In this document: in pieces, positions 40,286-49,855 of the stretch
Position numbering within the stretch: the stretch's first letter is position 1
How the letters are laid out: each line of letters opens with the position of its first letter
DNA from: an uncultured delta proteobacterium
Lineage (GTDB): Bacteria > Desulfobacterota > Binatia > DP-6
Direction of reading: 5' to 3'
Length of the DNA stretch: 64,000 nucleotides
Assembly (NCBI GenBank): GCA_963815115.1
Contig: CAWFFN010000007.1
Coordinates: 384,001-448,000 of the forward strand
Notes under the pieces: model-generated
Told to the model about the DNA's origin: nothing
Seen by the model: only the letters and a program-made list of their open reading frames with translations
Database searches by the model: none
Made by a program: the position numbers and the translations under genes

Positions 40286-41080
40286 TCATCGTGCGGCCTT
40301 CGCATCCTCCCAGAGACGGTCACGCTCGGAGGGTTCGAGCTGCCCGAGCGAGCGTGCGGCCGCCTCTGCCGCTGCCTCGACGTGGACGACACGGCGGGCG
40401 AGGCGCGTCGTGGCGTCGCGCAGCGCCATCTCGGCGTCCAGCTCGAGATGGCGTGCCACGCTGGTGAGCGTGAGCAGGAGGTCGCCGAGCTCACGGCCGG
40501 CGGCCTCCCGATCGTCGGCGCCGATGGCCTCGGCGAGCTCGTGGCGTTCCTCGTCCAGCTTGCCGAGGACGCCAGCGAGATCGGGCCAGTCGAATCCCAC
40601 CTGCGCCAGCTTCTCGCCGATCTGCTGGGCGCGGGCGAGGGCGGGCTGGCCGGGGGGAACGGTCGCGAGCACGCTGGGGTCGCCACCTGCCGCCCGTCGC
40701 TCCTCGGCTTTGATACGCCGCCAGTTGCGCACCACCTCGTCGGCGTCATGCACCTGGACATCGCCGAAGACATGCGGATGGCGCCGCACCAGCTTGTCCG
40801 CGATGGCGCGGGCGACGTCGGCGAGGCGGAACCGCCCATCCTCCGCTGCGATGGCGGCGTGAAACACCACCTGCAGCAGCACGTCACCGAGCTCGTCGCG
40901 CAGCGCCGGGACGTCGCCCCGATCGATCGCCTCCAGCACCTCGTAGGCTTCCTCCACCAGGTAGGGACGCAGGCTCTCGTGCGTCTGCTCGCGGTCCCAC
41001 GGGCAGCCGCCGGGCGCCCGGAGGCGGCCCATGACGTCGACCAGGCGGCCCAGGCTCTCGAGGGTATCGGGGTCGGCCAT
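40286..41080 (-). CDS. mazG: Nucleoside triphosphate pyrophosphohydrolase MazG
   Basis: LRAPGGCPWDREQT, EEAYE, ELGD.L.Q, RRHPHVF, GFDW. Confidence 0.95.
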   Translation of the reverse strand: MADPDTLESLGRLVDVMGRLRAPGGCPWDREQTHESLRPYLVEEAYEVLEAIDRGDVPALRDELGDVLLQVVFHAAIAAEDGRFRLADVARAIADKLVRRHPHVFGDVQVHDADEVVRNWRRIKAEERRAAGGDPSVLATVPPGQPALARAQQIGEKLAQVGFDWPDLAGVLGKLDEERHELAEAIGADDREAAGRELGDLLLTLTSVARHLELDAEMALRDATTRLARRVVHVEAAAEAAARSLGQLEPSERDRLWEDAKAAR

Positions 41081-41086
41081 CCGTGT

Positions 41087-41151
41087 CGGCTAACGGCCTC
41101 CCGGCGCGCTGTCAACGCGTGCTTGCCTCGTCCGCGGCCGCGGTCTAACCA
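41087..41151. promoter_or_regulatory. Back-to-back leaderless promoters of mazG and grxC
   Basis: Minus TTGACA-N17-TAGCCG 6 nt before ATG 41080; plus TTGCCT-N17-TAACCA 6 nt before GTG 41158. Confidence 0.6.
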
Positions 41152-41157
41152 GCATCC

Positions 41158-41418
41158 GTGGCGCGCGTGAAGATGTACACGACTCCGGGCTGTCCCTTCT
41201 GCGTCCGCGCGAAGCGTCTCCTGGAGGCGCGCGGCATCCCCTTCGAGGAAGTGGATGTCGGCAACGACGATGCCCTGCGCGAGGAGGTCATGCAGCGCAC
41301 GGGTCGGCGTACGGTGCCGCAGATCTTCATCGACGAGCGCTCGATCGGCGGCTTCGAGGAGCTGGCCGCGCTCGACGCGGCCGGGGAGCTGGCGGCGCTG
41401 CGTGAGCCCGCTGCGTGA
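41158..41418 (+). CDS. grxC: Glutaredoxin 3
   Basis: CPFC..AK.LL, TVPQIFI, IGG. Confidence 0.93.
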   Translation: MARVKMYTTPGCPFCVRAKRLLEARGIPFEEVDVGNDDALREEVMQRTGRRTVPQIFIDERSIGGFEELAALDAAGELAALREPAA

Positions 41419-41906
41419 CGCTCGCGCGCGCGACGACGGGCATGCTCGCGGCGCTCTGGACCGTCGTGTCCGCCGCGTCCGTCACGGCCGCCGAGCAAGC
41501 GGGCAGCGCGAGCGTCGAGACCACGGGCAAGCGCCTGTACCTCGAGCGCTGCGCGCCCTGCCACGGCGACGGCGGAGCGGGCGACGGCCCGGCGGCCGCG
41601 GCGATCGACCCCAAGCCGCAGAACTTCCGCGACGCCGCTTTCTGGAAGGGGCGGACGACCGCGCAGCTGCGCCAGGCGGTCCGCGAGGGCAAGTCGGGCA
41701 CGCTCATGGCGCCGTTCGAGGGGGTGCTCAGCGATGAGGAGATCGACGCGGTCGTCGGCTACCTCGCGCGCTTCCGTCCGGCAGCCGGCACCGGCGCAGG
41801 TGCTGGTGATGGCGAAGTATCCCTCGCCCGGAGAAGTGAAGACCCGGTTGGCGGCGCAGATCGGGGCGGGGGCGGCATGCCGGCTGTACGAGGCGTTCAT
41901 CCGTGA
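41415..41906 (+). CDS. Monoheme c-type cytochrome
   Basis: Signal peptide, CAPCHG..G.GDG, distal Met in MAPF; C-terminal tail overlaps the next gene. Confidence 0.85.
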   Translation: MTLARATTGMLAALWTVVSAASVTAAEQAGSASVETTGKRLYLERCAPCHGDGGAGDGPAAAAIDPKPQNFRDAAFWKGRTTAQLRQAVREGKSGTLMAPFEGVLSDEEIDAVVGYLARFRPAAGTGAGAGDGEVSLARRSEDPVGGADRGGGGMPAVRGVHP

Positions 41907-42453
41907 TCTGGCCGGGCGCCTGGTCGCTCTCGGCTTCCCGGTGACCTGGGCGTTCTCGCCGCCGGCGGCGCCGTTCGCGGAGCTGGTCCCGGGCCAGCGC
42001 TGCGTGCCGCAGGTGGGCCGTGATCTCGGCGAGCGCATGGAGGCAGCCACGCGGGAATGCCTCGCGACCCTGGGGCTGCCGGTGCTCACGCTCGGAGCCG
42101 ATGCTCCCCACGTCGATGCCGGCAGCGTGCGCGAGGCCGCGGTCGCGCTCGGCGGTGCAGCGGACGTCGTGCTCGGCCCGGCGGCGGACGGGGGCTACTA
42201 CCTGATCGGGCTCCGCCGCTCGAGGCCGGAGCTGTTTCGCGACGTGGCGTGGGGCTCGTCCAGTGTTCTCGCAACGACGCTGGCGCGCGCAGCCGACGCC
42301 GGACTCCGCGTGCGGCTGCTGGCGCCGACCTTCGACGTCGACGACGCGGCGGGCCTGGACGCGTTGCGCGCGTTGCTCGCGGGAGGAACCGTGGCGCTGC
42401 CGCACACGGCCGCCGTCCTCGATGCCCTGCGCGCGGACTCGTCCTACTCCTGA
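41800..42453 (+). CDS. TIGR04282/DUF2064 family (CofC-like) nucleotidyl/glycosyltransferase
   Basis: AK.P.PG.VKTRL, Q.G.DLGERM, G.D.P, GPA.DGGYYLIG, DVD; start uncertain (41734-41809). Confidence 0.85.
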   Translation: MLVMAKYPSPGEVKTRLAAQIGAGAACRLYEAFIRDLAGRLVALGFPVTWAFSPPAAPFAELVPGQRCVPQVGRDLGERMEAATRECLATLGLPVLTLGADAPHVDAGSVREAAVALGGAADVVLGPAADGGYYLIGLRRSRPELFRDVAWGSSSVLATTLARAADAGLRVRLLAPTFDVDDAAGLDALRALLAGGTVALPHTAAVLDALRADSSYS

Positions 42454-43892
42454 AGCCGCACCGCCTCGGCCTGCGGCTTCCCCTTCTTGGGGTTGTGCCC
42501 CAGGATGAACGACACGGTGGCTCCGGGTGCGATCCACGTTCCCCCGTCCTGGCACTGGGTGACGTGGAAGAACAGGCTCTGACCATCCCCGTAGCGCACG
42601 AAGCCGAAACCCTTGTCGGCAAAGAAGCGGTCGACGACGCCCTGGAGGCGCGCCCGTCCGGGCGCATCGACGACGGCGTTGCCGAGGATCTCGAAACCCG
42701 AGGGCAGGGGCGCATCCGCCGCGACCGCGGGCGCCTTCGGTGCGTCGCCGTCGAGTGCCGCCAGCCGGCTGGCGATGTCCATCTCGTCGGGGAACAGGCG
42801 GGAGAGCTGGCGCAGGTGGCTGGCGGCTTCGACCGGGCGACCGACGCGTTCGGCGACCTGGGCGGCGAGGCGCAGGGCCTCCGCGAATCCGCCCTCGCGC
42901 CGGCAGGCGAGGGCCTGCTCCAGCTGCGCGAGCGCGGCGTGCGGGCGGTCGAGCGCCAGATGGAGGCGGGCGAGCTCCAGCCGCACCAGGGGCTCGGCGC
43001 TCTGCGCCTGGCGCAGCGCCTCGGCGAGAGCCGTCGCCGCGGCCCGGTGGTCGTGGGTGACCTCGGTGTGGAGCCGGCCGAGCGCGAGGAAGGCGAAGGC
43101 ACCGCGCGGCAGCTCGGTCGCGTGCCGGTACGCGGCCTCGGCCTGTGCGACGCTGCCGCGCATCTCGTGAACGTGGCCGATGCGCTCCCAGACGTAGCTC
43201 GAGTCGGGGTCGAGGGAGCGCGCCTCCTCGAAGAGCGCGAGGGCGCGGTCGAGATCGCCCCGGCGCGCGAGCAGCTCGCCCTGGCTGGCGAGGATGTGCT
43301 CGGGACGGATGGCTGGTGGCTCCGTGTCGGCGTCCAGGGTGCGGCAGGCGTCGAGCACCTCGGTGGAGGTCTCGAAGTCGCCGAGGTCGCGCATGACGCG
43401 CGAGAGGTGGAAGAGAACCTGCACCTGGACGCCGCGACCACGCGCGCGCTGCTCCTGGCCGGCCTGGTCCCAGCAGGCGCGTGCCCGTTCCAGCGCCTCG
43501 ACGGCCTCGCGCGGACGGTGCAGCTTCTCGAGGCAGTAGCCGCGGCGGAACAGGCAGAGATGATAGGTCGGAAACGAGGAGAGCGCGCGATCGTACCAGC
43601 GCAGCGCCTTCGTCCACTTCTTCTTGCGCTGGAAGTACCAGCCAATCGCACAATGAAAGACCGCGGCACGCCGCGGCGTCAGCTCGGCGCACCGCAGCAG
43701 GTAGCGCTCGACCTTGTCCTCGTTACCGAGCATGCCGAACGCGCGCCCGATCTCGTAGACGAGGTCCGTCGAGTTCCAGGCTTCGCCCTGCGGCAGGTCG
43801 TCCAGCCGGCCGTAGCGCGTCACGATCAGGTGATGCTCACCCCGGGCCGCGAGGGAGCGAACCTCCGCGAGGATCGCGTCCAGCTCGCCCAT
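42444..43892 (-). CDS. TPR-repeat protein with C-terminal cold-shock (OB) domain
   Basis: Multiple TPR-like helix pairs; C-terminal GVV.RF...KGFGFV...LFFH RNP1/RNP2; promoter TTGATT-N17-TAGAGG at 44013-43985. Confidence 0.85.
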   Translation of the reverse strand: MGELDAILAEVRSLAARGEHHLIVTRYGRLDDLPQGEAWNSTDLVYEIGRAFGMLGNEDKVERYLLRCAELTPRRAAVFHCAIGWYFQRKKKWTKALRWYDRALSSFPTYHLCLFRRGYCLEKLHRPREAVEALERARACWDQAGQEQRARGRGVQVQVLFHLSRVMRDLGDFETSTEVLDACRTLDADTEPPAIRPEHILASQGELLARRGDLDRALALFEEARSLDPDSSYVWERIGHVHEMRGSVAQAEAAYRHATELPRGAFAFLALGRLHTEVTHDHRAAATALAEALRQAQSAEPLVRLELARLHLALDRPHAALAQLEQALACRREGGFAEALRLAAQVAERVGRPVEAASHLRQLSRLFPDEMDIASRLAALDGDAPKAPAVAADAPLPSGFEILGNAVVDAPGRARLQGVVDRFFADKGFGFVRYGDGQSLFFHVTQCQDGGTWIAPGATVSFILGHNPKKGKPQAEAVRLQE

Positions 43893-44056
43893 CCATGTGT
43901 TCCCCTCACCCGGCCGGCCCCCCAGCCGGCTAGCCGCTGCGGGCGGACCCTCGACCTCCCAGACAGCGAACGCCGTTGCTGATTCCTCTAGGGCCTCGCG
44001 TGCTCAAAATCAAGGCGAGCGACATTCCAAGCTTTCAACGAGCCCCCCGCCACACC

Positions 44057-44698
44057 TCACCAGGCGGGCACGAGGCACCCCTCGGTCGGGCGCTCGCCCA
44101 GGATCCGCACGCGGCGTCCCTCGACGACGAGACGACCCTCGGCGAAGAGCTGAATCGCCGCCGGATAGATCGTGTGCTCGATATCGAGGACTCGCCGTGT
44201 CAGCGAGTCCTCGGTGTCGTCGGGCCCGACCACCGTCGCGCCCTGCAGGATGATGGGACCGTGATCCGCCTGCTCGTCCACGAAGTGCACCGTGGCGCCG
44301 GCGATGCGCACGCCGTGCTCCAGCGCCTGGCGCTGGGCGTGAAGACCCGGAAAGGCGGGCAGCAGGGCGGGATGAATGTTGACAACTCGGCTCGGGAAGG
44401 CCTCGAGCAGCACTCGAGTCACGATGCGATCGAAGCCGGCGAGGACCACCAGCTCGACGCCCGCCGTCCGCAGGGCCTCGACCAGCGCCGCATCGAAGGC
44501 CTCGCGACCCGCGAAGGTGCGGTGGTCGATCACTCGGGTCGCCACACCGGCCCCGCGGGCGCGCTCGAGACCCGCCGCCTGCTCGCGATTCGAGATCACC
44601 ACCGACACGCGGCAGGCGAGGGTGCCGTCGGCGACACGATCGAGGATCGCCTGCAGGTTGGTGCCCGTCCCAGAGATCAGGACGCCGGCGGTGAGCAC
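44057..44698 (-). CDS. purN: Phosphoribosylglycinamide formyltransferase
   Basis: LISG.GTNLQA, LAGF, NIHPALLP.FPG, GATVHFV...D.GPII. Confidence 0.95.
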   Translation of the reverse strand: MLTAGVLISGTGTNLQAILDRVADGTLACRVSVVISNREQAAGLERARGAGVATRVIDHRTFAGREAFDAALVEALRTAGVELVVLAGFDRIVTRVLLEAFPSRVVNIHPALLPAFPGLHAQRQALEHGVRIAGATVHFVDEQADHGPIILQGATVVGPDDTEDSLTRRVLDIEHTIYPAAIQLFAEGRLVVEGRRVRILGERPTEGCLVPAW

Positions 44699-44742
44699 GA
44701 CGGCTTCCTTAGCGCTCCGCCGCTTCGCCCACAAGGCGCGGC

Positions 44743-45462
44743 TCACGCCGTCCGTCCGACCGTGTAGACGTCGACGCGCGAGGCGCCGGCGGCGAGCAGC
44801 GCGCGGGCACACGCGTCCGCCGTCGCACCGGTGGTGAGCACGTCGTCGACGAGAACCACCGGCCGGCCCGCGAGAGCCGGCCCGGGTCGGACCCGGAAGA
44901 CGTCGCGGACGTTGTTGCGTCGTGCCTCGGCTCCGAGTCCTGCGTGCTCGCTCGTGGGTCGCACGCGCGCCAGCAGGCGCGGAGCGAGGGCCAGTCCGCG
45001 GCGGCGCGCGAGGCCGCGCGCGAGGAGCAGCGCCTGGTTGAAGCCGCGTGCGCGGAGCCGGGTGGCATGGAGTGGAACCGGACACAGGATCGCGTCGTCA
45101 CCGAACGGATAGTGCGACGCCAGCAGCTCGGCGAGCGGTCCGGCCAGGCTGCGGTCGCCGTGATACTTGAGCGCCTGCACGGTGCGGGCGAGCACGTTGG
45201 CGCCGGCCGTGCCGGCGCGATAGGGGCCGAGGGCCCGGGCGCTGGCGAACGCCGGTGGACGGCGGACGCATGCCGCGCAGACGAGGGCCGGAGGTGTGAC
45301 GGTTGCCCCGCAGCGCGCGCAGCGCGGGCCGGACGGTACCGCGATGACGGACCGGCATGCCGGGCAGAGCGCGGACGGCGCCCCGAGCGCGAGTGGCGTC
45401 CCGCACGGAGGACACGCGCGTGGAAGGAGACAGTCGAGCGCCAACCGAGCCCACGACCTCAC
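44743..45462 (-). CDS. comF: ComF family protein (double zinc ribbon plus PRTase)
   Basis: Four CxxC, LKY.G, PVPLH, RGFNQ, VDDVLTTGAT. Confidence 0.92.
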   Translation of the reverse strand: MRSWARLALDCLLPRACPPCGTPLALGAPSALCPACRSVIAVPSGPRCARCGATVTPPALVCAACVRRPPAFASARALGPYRAGTAGANVLARTVQALKYHGDRSLAGPLAELLASHYPFGDDAILCPVPLHATRLRARGFNQALLLARGLARRRGLALAPRLLARVRPTSEHAGLGAEARRNNVRDVFRVRPGPALAGRPVVLVDDVLTTGATADACARALLAAGASRVDVYTVGRTA

Positions 45463-45567
45463 CGCCAACCTCCCCGGGCGGGGCGCCCGCAGGGTGCCGC
45501 CCGGGGCCGGGCGACGCAAGCGGCAACGGGCTTTACAACCCCGGTCGGTCCGCTTACCTTGCCCGCC

Positions 45568-46020
45568 GTGCCGGTCACCGAGGAGCAGCTCGCGCGTGAT
45601 CTCACCGCGGCGATGAAGGCGCGGGACACGCGGCGCCTCGAGGTGCTGCGCGGGGTGGTGGCAGCTGCCAAGCTGGTCAAGGTCGAGCGCCGGGTCACCG
45701 CGCTCGAGGAGGCCGATCTCGTGCAGGTCCTCCGGCGCGAGCTGCGGAAGCGGGAAGAGGCGGAGGAGTTCGCGCTCAAGGCCGGCCGCACGGACCTGGT
45801 CACGCAGAACCGCACCGAGCGTTCGATCCTGGAAGCGTACGTGCCGGCGCAGCTCGGACCCGCCGAGCTCGAGGAGGCGATCCGCGCCGCGATCGCGGAC
45901 GGGACGCCGCGGCAGCTCGGAGCCCTGATGAGCGCGCTGCGCGAGCGCCACGCGGGACGCTTCGACGGCAAGAGCGCCAGCGAGCTGGCGCGCCGGATCA
46001 TCGCCGAGCCCGCGACCTGA
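45568..46020 (+). CDS. GatB/YqeY domain protein
   Basis: AMKA.D..RL..LR, ..E.R..L..Y.P.Q, G..M, DGK; leaderless promoter TTTACA-N17-TACCTT (45532-45560). Confidence 0.88.
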   Translation: MPVTEEQLARDLTAAMKARDTRRLEVLRGVVAAAKLVKVERRVTALEEADLVQVLRRELRKREEAEEFALKAGRTDLVTQNRTERSILEAYVPAQLGPAELEEAIRAAIADGTPRQLGALMSALRERHAGRFDGKSASELARRIIAEPAT

Positions 46021-46029
46021 GGACCGTCC

Positions 46030-46524
46030 ATGGATCTCCCCGTCCTCGGCAAGCTCAAGAAGGAGCTGGCGGATCTCAAGTACGAGCTCACCTTCGAGCT
46101 GCCCAAGGAGCTCGGAGCGGCCGCCGCGCACGGCGACCTGTCGGAGAACGCCGAGTACGAGGCGGCGAAGCATCGCCAGGACTTCGTGCGCTCGCGGATC
46201 GCGCAGATCGAGGGCAGGATCCGGGAGCTCTCGATGTACACCGTCGCCTCGATCCCGCAGGGCGTGGTCGGCTACGGGAGCCGGGTGAAGCTGGTGGACG
46301 CCGACGGCGACGTCGACGCCCTGGTCGCCTACCAGATCGTCTTCCCGGAGGAGGTCGACGCCGGCCGGGGCTACATCTCGCTGTCGTCACCGATCGGTCG
46401 CGCGCTCATGAGCAAGACGGTCGGCGACGAGGTCGAGGTCCAGACGCCCGGCGGGCGGCGAACCTACCAGATCGTGGAGCTGCTCACGTTCCACGAGCTG
46501 CGCGAACGAGACCAGCGGAGCTGA
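46030..46524 (+). CDS. greA: GreA/GreB family elongation factor
   Basis: HGDLSENAEYEAAK, IS..SPIGRAL..K.VGD. Confidence 0.88.
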   Translation: MDLPVLGKLKKELADLKYELTFELPKELGAAAAHGDLSENAEYEAAKHRQDFVRSRIAQIEGRIRELSMYTVASIPQGVVGYGSRVKLVDADGDVDALVAYQIVFPEEVDAGRGYISLSSPIGRALMSKTVGDEVEVQTPGGRRTYQIVELLTFHELRERDQRS

Positions 46525-46529
46525 TCGGC

Positions 46530-47513
46530 TCACGCCGGCAGCGCGTCACGCAGGCGGCGCGCGGCCTCCTCGGGTGCAACGGGATTGGAGAAGATGCCCG
46601 TCGCCCACTCCATGCCGAGCTCGTGGCCGAGGTGCGGCACCAGCTCCCAGTGCCAGTGGAACTCGGCCTGGTCCCCGCCGTCGAGTGCCCCGCTGTGCAG
46701 CGCGACGCTGTAGGCGGGATCGTCACAGGCCTTGCCGAGCCGTCCCAGGGTGTCGACCAGCAGCTCCGCCAGCGGCGTGAGCTCCACATCCGGGACCGCG
46801 CCGAAGTCGGCGCCGTGGGTCAGCGGGCTGATCCACGTCTCGTACGGATAGGCGGAGGCGAAGGGCGTGAAGCTCGCGAAGTCGCCGCGCTGAGCGATCA
46901 CGCGCTCCCGAGTTCGCATCGTCTCCGCCAGCTGATCGCAGAAGGCGCAGCGCTCCTTGTGGCGGAAGTACTCGCGGGCGCCCGACAGCTCCTCCTCGAT
47001 GCGTTTCGGCGTGAACGGGGTGGCGATGACGTGCGAGTGGGCATGCTGGTAGCGGCTCCACACCGCGCCGCGGTTCTTCAGCACCAGCACGTAGCGGAAG
47101 CGGGGATCGCGGCGCAGGTCCGAGAGGCGATCCCGGTACGTCGCGAGCAGCCGAACCATCTGTGGCACCGGGAGCTCCGCCCACGTCTGGGCGTGGTCCG
47201 GCGTATCGGTCACCAGCTCGTGCGCGCCGATCGCGTTCATGAGGTCGAACATGCCGGCGCCGCGGGGTCCGAGCTGTCCCTCGATACGGAGCAGCGGATG
47301 CCGATCGGGCGTGACGCGCACGCGCCAGTCGGCTCCGTGCTCGACGCGGGCGATCTCCACCGGGTTGAGGTGCTCGTTGCCGGGGCAGAAGGGACAGGGT
47401 CCCGGCGCCTCGACCCGCGGGCCGCCGCCCCGACGCGGCGACAGATCGCCCGTTCGTTCAGGGGCGATGATCACCCAGCGTCGCAGGATGGGATCGCGTC
47501 GGAGCTCGGACAC
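46530..47513 (-). CDS. galT: Galactose-1-phosphate uridylyltransferase-like HIT protein
   Basis: ELR.DP...RWVI.A.ER, CPFCPGNE, HAHSH, FHWH.E..P, N.V.PE.AA. Confidence 0.85.
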   Translation of the reverse strand: MSELRRDPILRRWVIIAPERTGDLSPRRGGGPRVEAPGPCPFCPGNEHLNPVEIARVEHGADWRVRVTPDRHPLLRIEGQLGPRGAGMFDLMNAIGAHELVTDTPDHAQTWAELPVPQMVRLLATYRDRLSDLRRDPRFRYVLVLKNRGAVWSRYQHAHSHVIATPFTPKRIEEELSGAREYFRHKERCAFCDQLAETMRTRERVIAQRGDFASFTPFASAYPYETWISPLTHGADFGAVPDVELTPLAELLVDTLGRLGKACDDPAYSVALHSGALDGGDQAEFHWHWELVPHLGHELGMEWATGIFSNPVAPEEAARRLRDALPA

Positions 47514-47616
47514 GCCGTTGGCCGCCGCCCGCGAGGGCAGGCACGGGGCTTCATAGCCGTTCCGGTGTGCGCGCGCCAGGGAGTATGACGCGGGGAACTC
47601 ACTTCGGAGCGCCGCG

Positions 47617-47645
47617 TTGCGGGTCCAGGACCCCCATGGTATACG
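47617..47645 (+). promoter_or_regulatory. Promoter of the rimP-nusA-infB operon
   Basis: TTGCGG-N17-TATACG with extended TG. Confidence 0.65.
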
Positions 47646-47677
47646 GCATGGGTTCCCGGCTTTACCTGACCGAGTTG

Positions 47678-47705
47678 AAGTGGGCCCTGGCCCACTTTTT
47701 CGTTT
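47678..47705 (+). terminator. rimP leader attenuator hairpin
   Basis: AAGTGGGC-cctg-GCCCACTT followed by TTTcgTTT, just upstream of the rimP SD; matches the known GGG..CCC-U-tract rimP leader pattern. Confidence 0.8.
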
Positions 47706-47722
47706 GTAAGGAGATGAATTCG

Positions 47723-48223
47723 ATGGATCGGGCCACGGTTACCCGGCGCGTCTGGGAGCTGTCGGAGCCCGTCGCCTCGGCGGCGGGCCTCGAGCTCGTC
47801 GACGTCCAGTACCGGCCCGAGGGCGGCAGGCTGATCCTGCGGTTGCTCATCGATCGTCCCGAGGGAGGCGTCACGCTCGACGAGCTGGCGCGCATCTCGC
47901 GCGAGCTGGGCGACGTCATCGACGCGCACGAGGCCGTGGCCGGGCGCTATCACCTCGAGTGCTCGTCTCCGGGCGTCAATCGACCGCTGGTCCGCCCCGA
48001 GCACTTTCGCCGCGCGGTCGGCAAGCGCGTCGACGTGCGCACGCACGAGCCCCACGCGGGGCGGCGGCAGTTCCATGGCGTGCTCGAAACCGTCGGCGAC
48101 GACGCCATCACCGTCCACGATCCCGACGCGGGCATCGTGTCCTTCGCCCTGGACTCGATCGAGCGGGCGAGCATCCAGTTCGAGTTCCCCCGGCCGGCGC
48201 GCCCACCGCACGTCCACGCGTGA
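47723..48223 (+). CDS. rimP: Ribosome maturation factor RimP
   Basis: GLELVDV, LR..ID...GV..D, Y.LE.SSPG..RPL; AAGGAG SD. Confidence 0.95.
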   Translation: MDRATVTRRVWELSEPVASAAGLELVDVQYRPEGGRLILRLLIDRPEGGVTLDELARISRELGDVIDAHEAVAGRYHLECSSPGVNRPLVRPEHFRRAVGKRVDVRTHEPHAGRRQFHGVLETVGDDAITVHDPDAGIVSFALDSIERASIQFEFPRPARPPHVHA

Positions 48224-48237
48224 GGCAGGAGACCAGC

Positions 48238-49584
48238 ATGCTGCCGGATCTGAACCGCGTCATCGAGCAGGTGAGCAAGGAGAAGGGCATCGATCGACAG
48301 ATCATCGTCGAGGCCCTGAAGGACGCCATGCTGTCGGCGGCCAAGCGCACCTACGGAGCCGAGAAGAGAATCGAGGCGCAGTGGAACTCCGAGATCGGCG
48401 AGGTCGAGCTCTTCGAGATCCGCACGGTGGTCGATCAGGTGCAGGACGCGGAGAACGAGGTGACGCTCGCCGAGGCGCGCCGCGGCATGGATCCGGAAGC
48501 CGAGATCGGCGACGAGCTGCTTGCCAAGCTGCCGCCGGAGAAGTTCGGCCGCATCGCCGCCCAGGCGGCGAAGCAGAACATCATCCAGCGCGTCCGCGAT
48601 GCCGAGCGCGACAGCATCTTCAAGGAGTTCAAGACCCGCAAGGGCGAGCTCGCGACCGGGACGGTGCAGCGCTTCGAGAAGAAGAACATCATCGTCAACC
48701 TCGGACGCGCCGATGCCATCCTGCCGGAGAAGGAGCAGATCCCCCGCGAGCGCTACCGGCAGGGCGACCGCATCCGCGCCTACATCGTCGACGTCGAGCT
48801 CTCGAGCCGGGGCCCGCAGATCATCCTGTCGCGGACCCATCCGGGGCTCCTGATCGAGCTCTTCCGCCAGGAGGTGCCGGAGATCTACGAAGGCATCGTC
48901 GAGGTGAAGGGCGCGGCGCGCGAGCCGGGCGGCCGGGCCAAGATCGCGGTCACGTCGCACGACCGCGACGTCGACCCGGTCGGCGCCTGCGTCGGCATGC
49001 AGGGAACGCGCGTGCAGGCGGTGGTGCAGGAGCTGCGCAACGAGAAGATCGACATCGTCGACTGGACGGCCGATCCCGCGGAGTACGTCTGCCGCGCGCT
49101 CGCGCCCGCCAAGGTCTCGCGCATCATCCTCGACGAGGACGAGCACGCCATGGAGGTGATCGTTCCCGACGACCAGCTCTCGCTCGCCATCGGCAAGAAG
49201 GGGCAGAACGTCCGCCTGGCGTCGCGCCTGACGACCTGGAAGCTCGACGTGCGCAGCGAGTCCGAGGCCGAGGACGAGGCGCGCCGCGCGCGCGCGTCGC
49301 TGACGGCCATCCCCGAGCTGGGCGACGTCACCGCCGAGCTGCTCTACCAGTATGGCTTCAAGTCGGCCGAGGACCTGGCGGCGTCCGACGAGGACACCGT
49401 GGCCGAGGTCGACGGGATCGGACCGGAGCGGGCGACGGGCATCCTCACCGCGGCGCGCGAGCACGTCGCCAGGCAGCAGGCGGCGGCGGAAGCTGCCGCG
49501 GCCGCCGCGGCGGCCGAGGCCGCCGCCGCTGCCGCCGAACCACCGCCCCCGCTTCCCGAAGCGAAGGAGGAGGGAGCCGGGTGA
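48238..49584 (+). CDS. nusA: Transcription termination factor NusA
   Basis: [11 protein letters not shown]1 and KH domains, [20 protein letters not shown]. Confidence 0.97.
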   Translation: MLPDLNRVIEQVSKEKGIDRQIIVEALKDAMLSAAKRTYGAEKRIEAQWNSEIGEVELFEIRTVVDQVQDAENEVTLAEARRGMDPEAEIGDELLAKLPPEKFGRIAAQAAKQNIIQRVRDAERDSIFKEFKTRKGELATGTVQRFEKKNIIVNLGRADAILPEKEQIPRERYRQGDRIRAYIVDVELSSRGPQIILSRTHPGLLIELFRQEVPEIYEGIVEVKGAAREPGGRAKIAVTSHDRDVDPVGACVGMQGTRVQAVVQELRNEKIDIVDWTADPAEYVCRALAPAKVSRIILDEDEHAMEVIVPDDQLSLAIGKKGQNVRLASRLTTWKLDVRSESEAEDEARRARASLTAIPELGDVTAELLYQYGFKSAEDLAASDEDTVAEVDGIGPERATGILTAAREHVARQQAAAEAAAAAAAAEAAAAAAEPPPPLPEAKEEGAG

Positions 49585-49847
49585 GGACCCCGATCCGCAC
49601 CTGCGTCGGATGCGGCGCCCGGGCGCCACAGGGAGACCTGGTGCGCTTCGTGGCGGTCGCGGACGCGCTGGCGCTGGACGAACGCCGGCGCCTCCCCGGG
49701 CGCGGCGCCTATCTCCACCGCGAGCCAGCGTGCTGGACGGCCTTGTTGCGGCGCCGTGGCGCCGTGCGCTCGCTGCGGGCAACGCCGAGCCGCGGCGCGC
49801 GCGAAGCCTTGCTGGAGACGCTCGCGGCGAGCGTCGAGGCACGCTGA
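49581..49847 (+). CDS. ylxR: YlxR family protein
   Basis: P.RTCVGC, GRGAYL; nusA-infB synteny. Confidence 0.88.
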   Translation: MRTPIRTCVGCGARAPQGDLVRFVAVADALALDERRRLPGRGAYLHREPACWTALLRRRGAVRSLRATPSRGAREALLETLAASVEAR

Positions 49848-49855
49848 GGACGTCG

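Noticed and set aside
49480-49560. GCC/GCG-rich repeat-like tract
   Set aside because: Encodes the Ala-rich NusA C-terminal tail; low-complexity coding sequence, not an array
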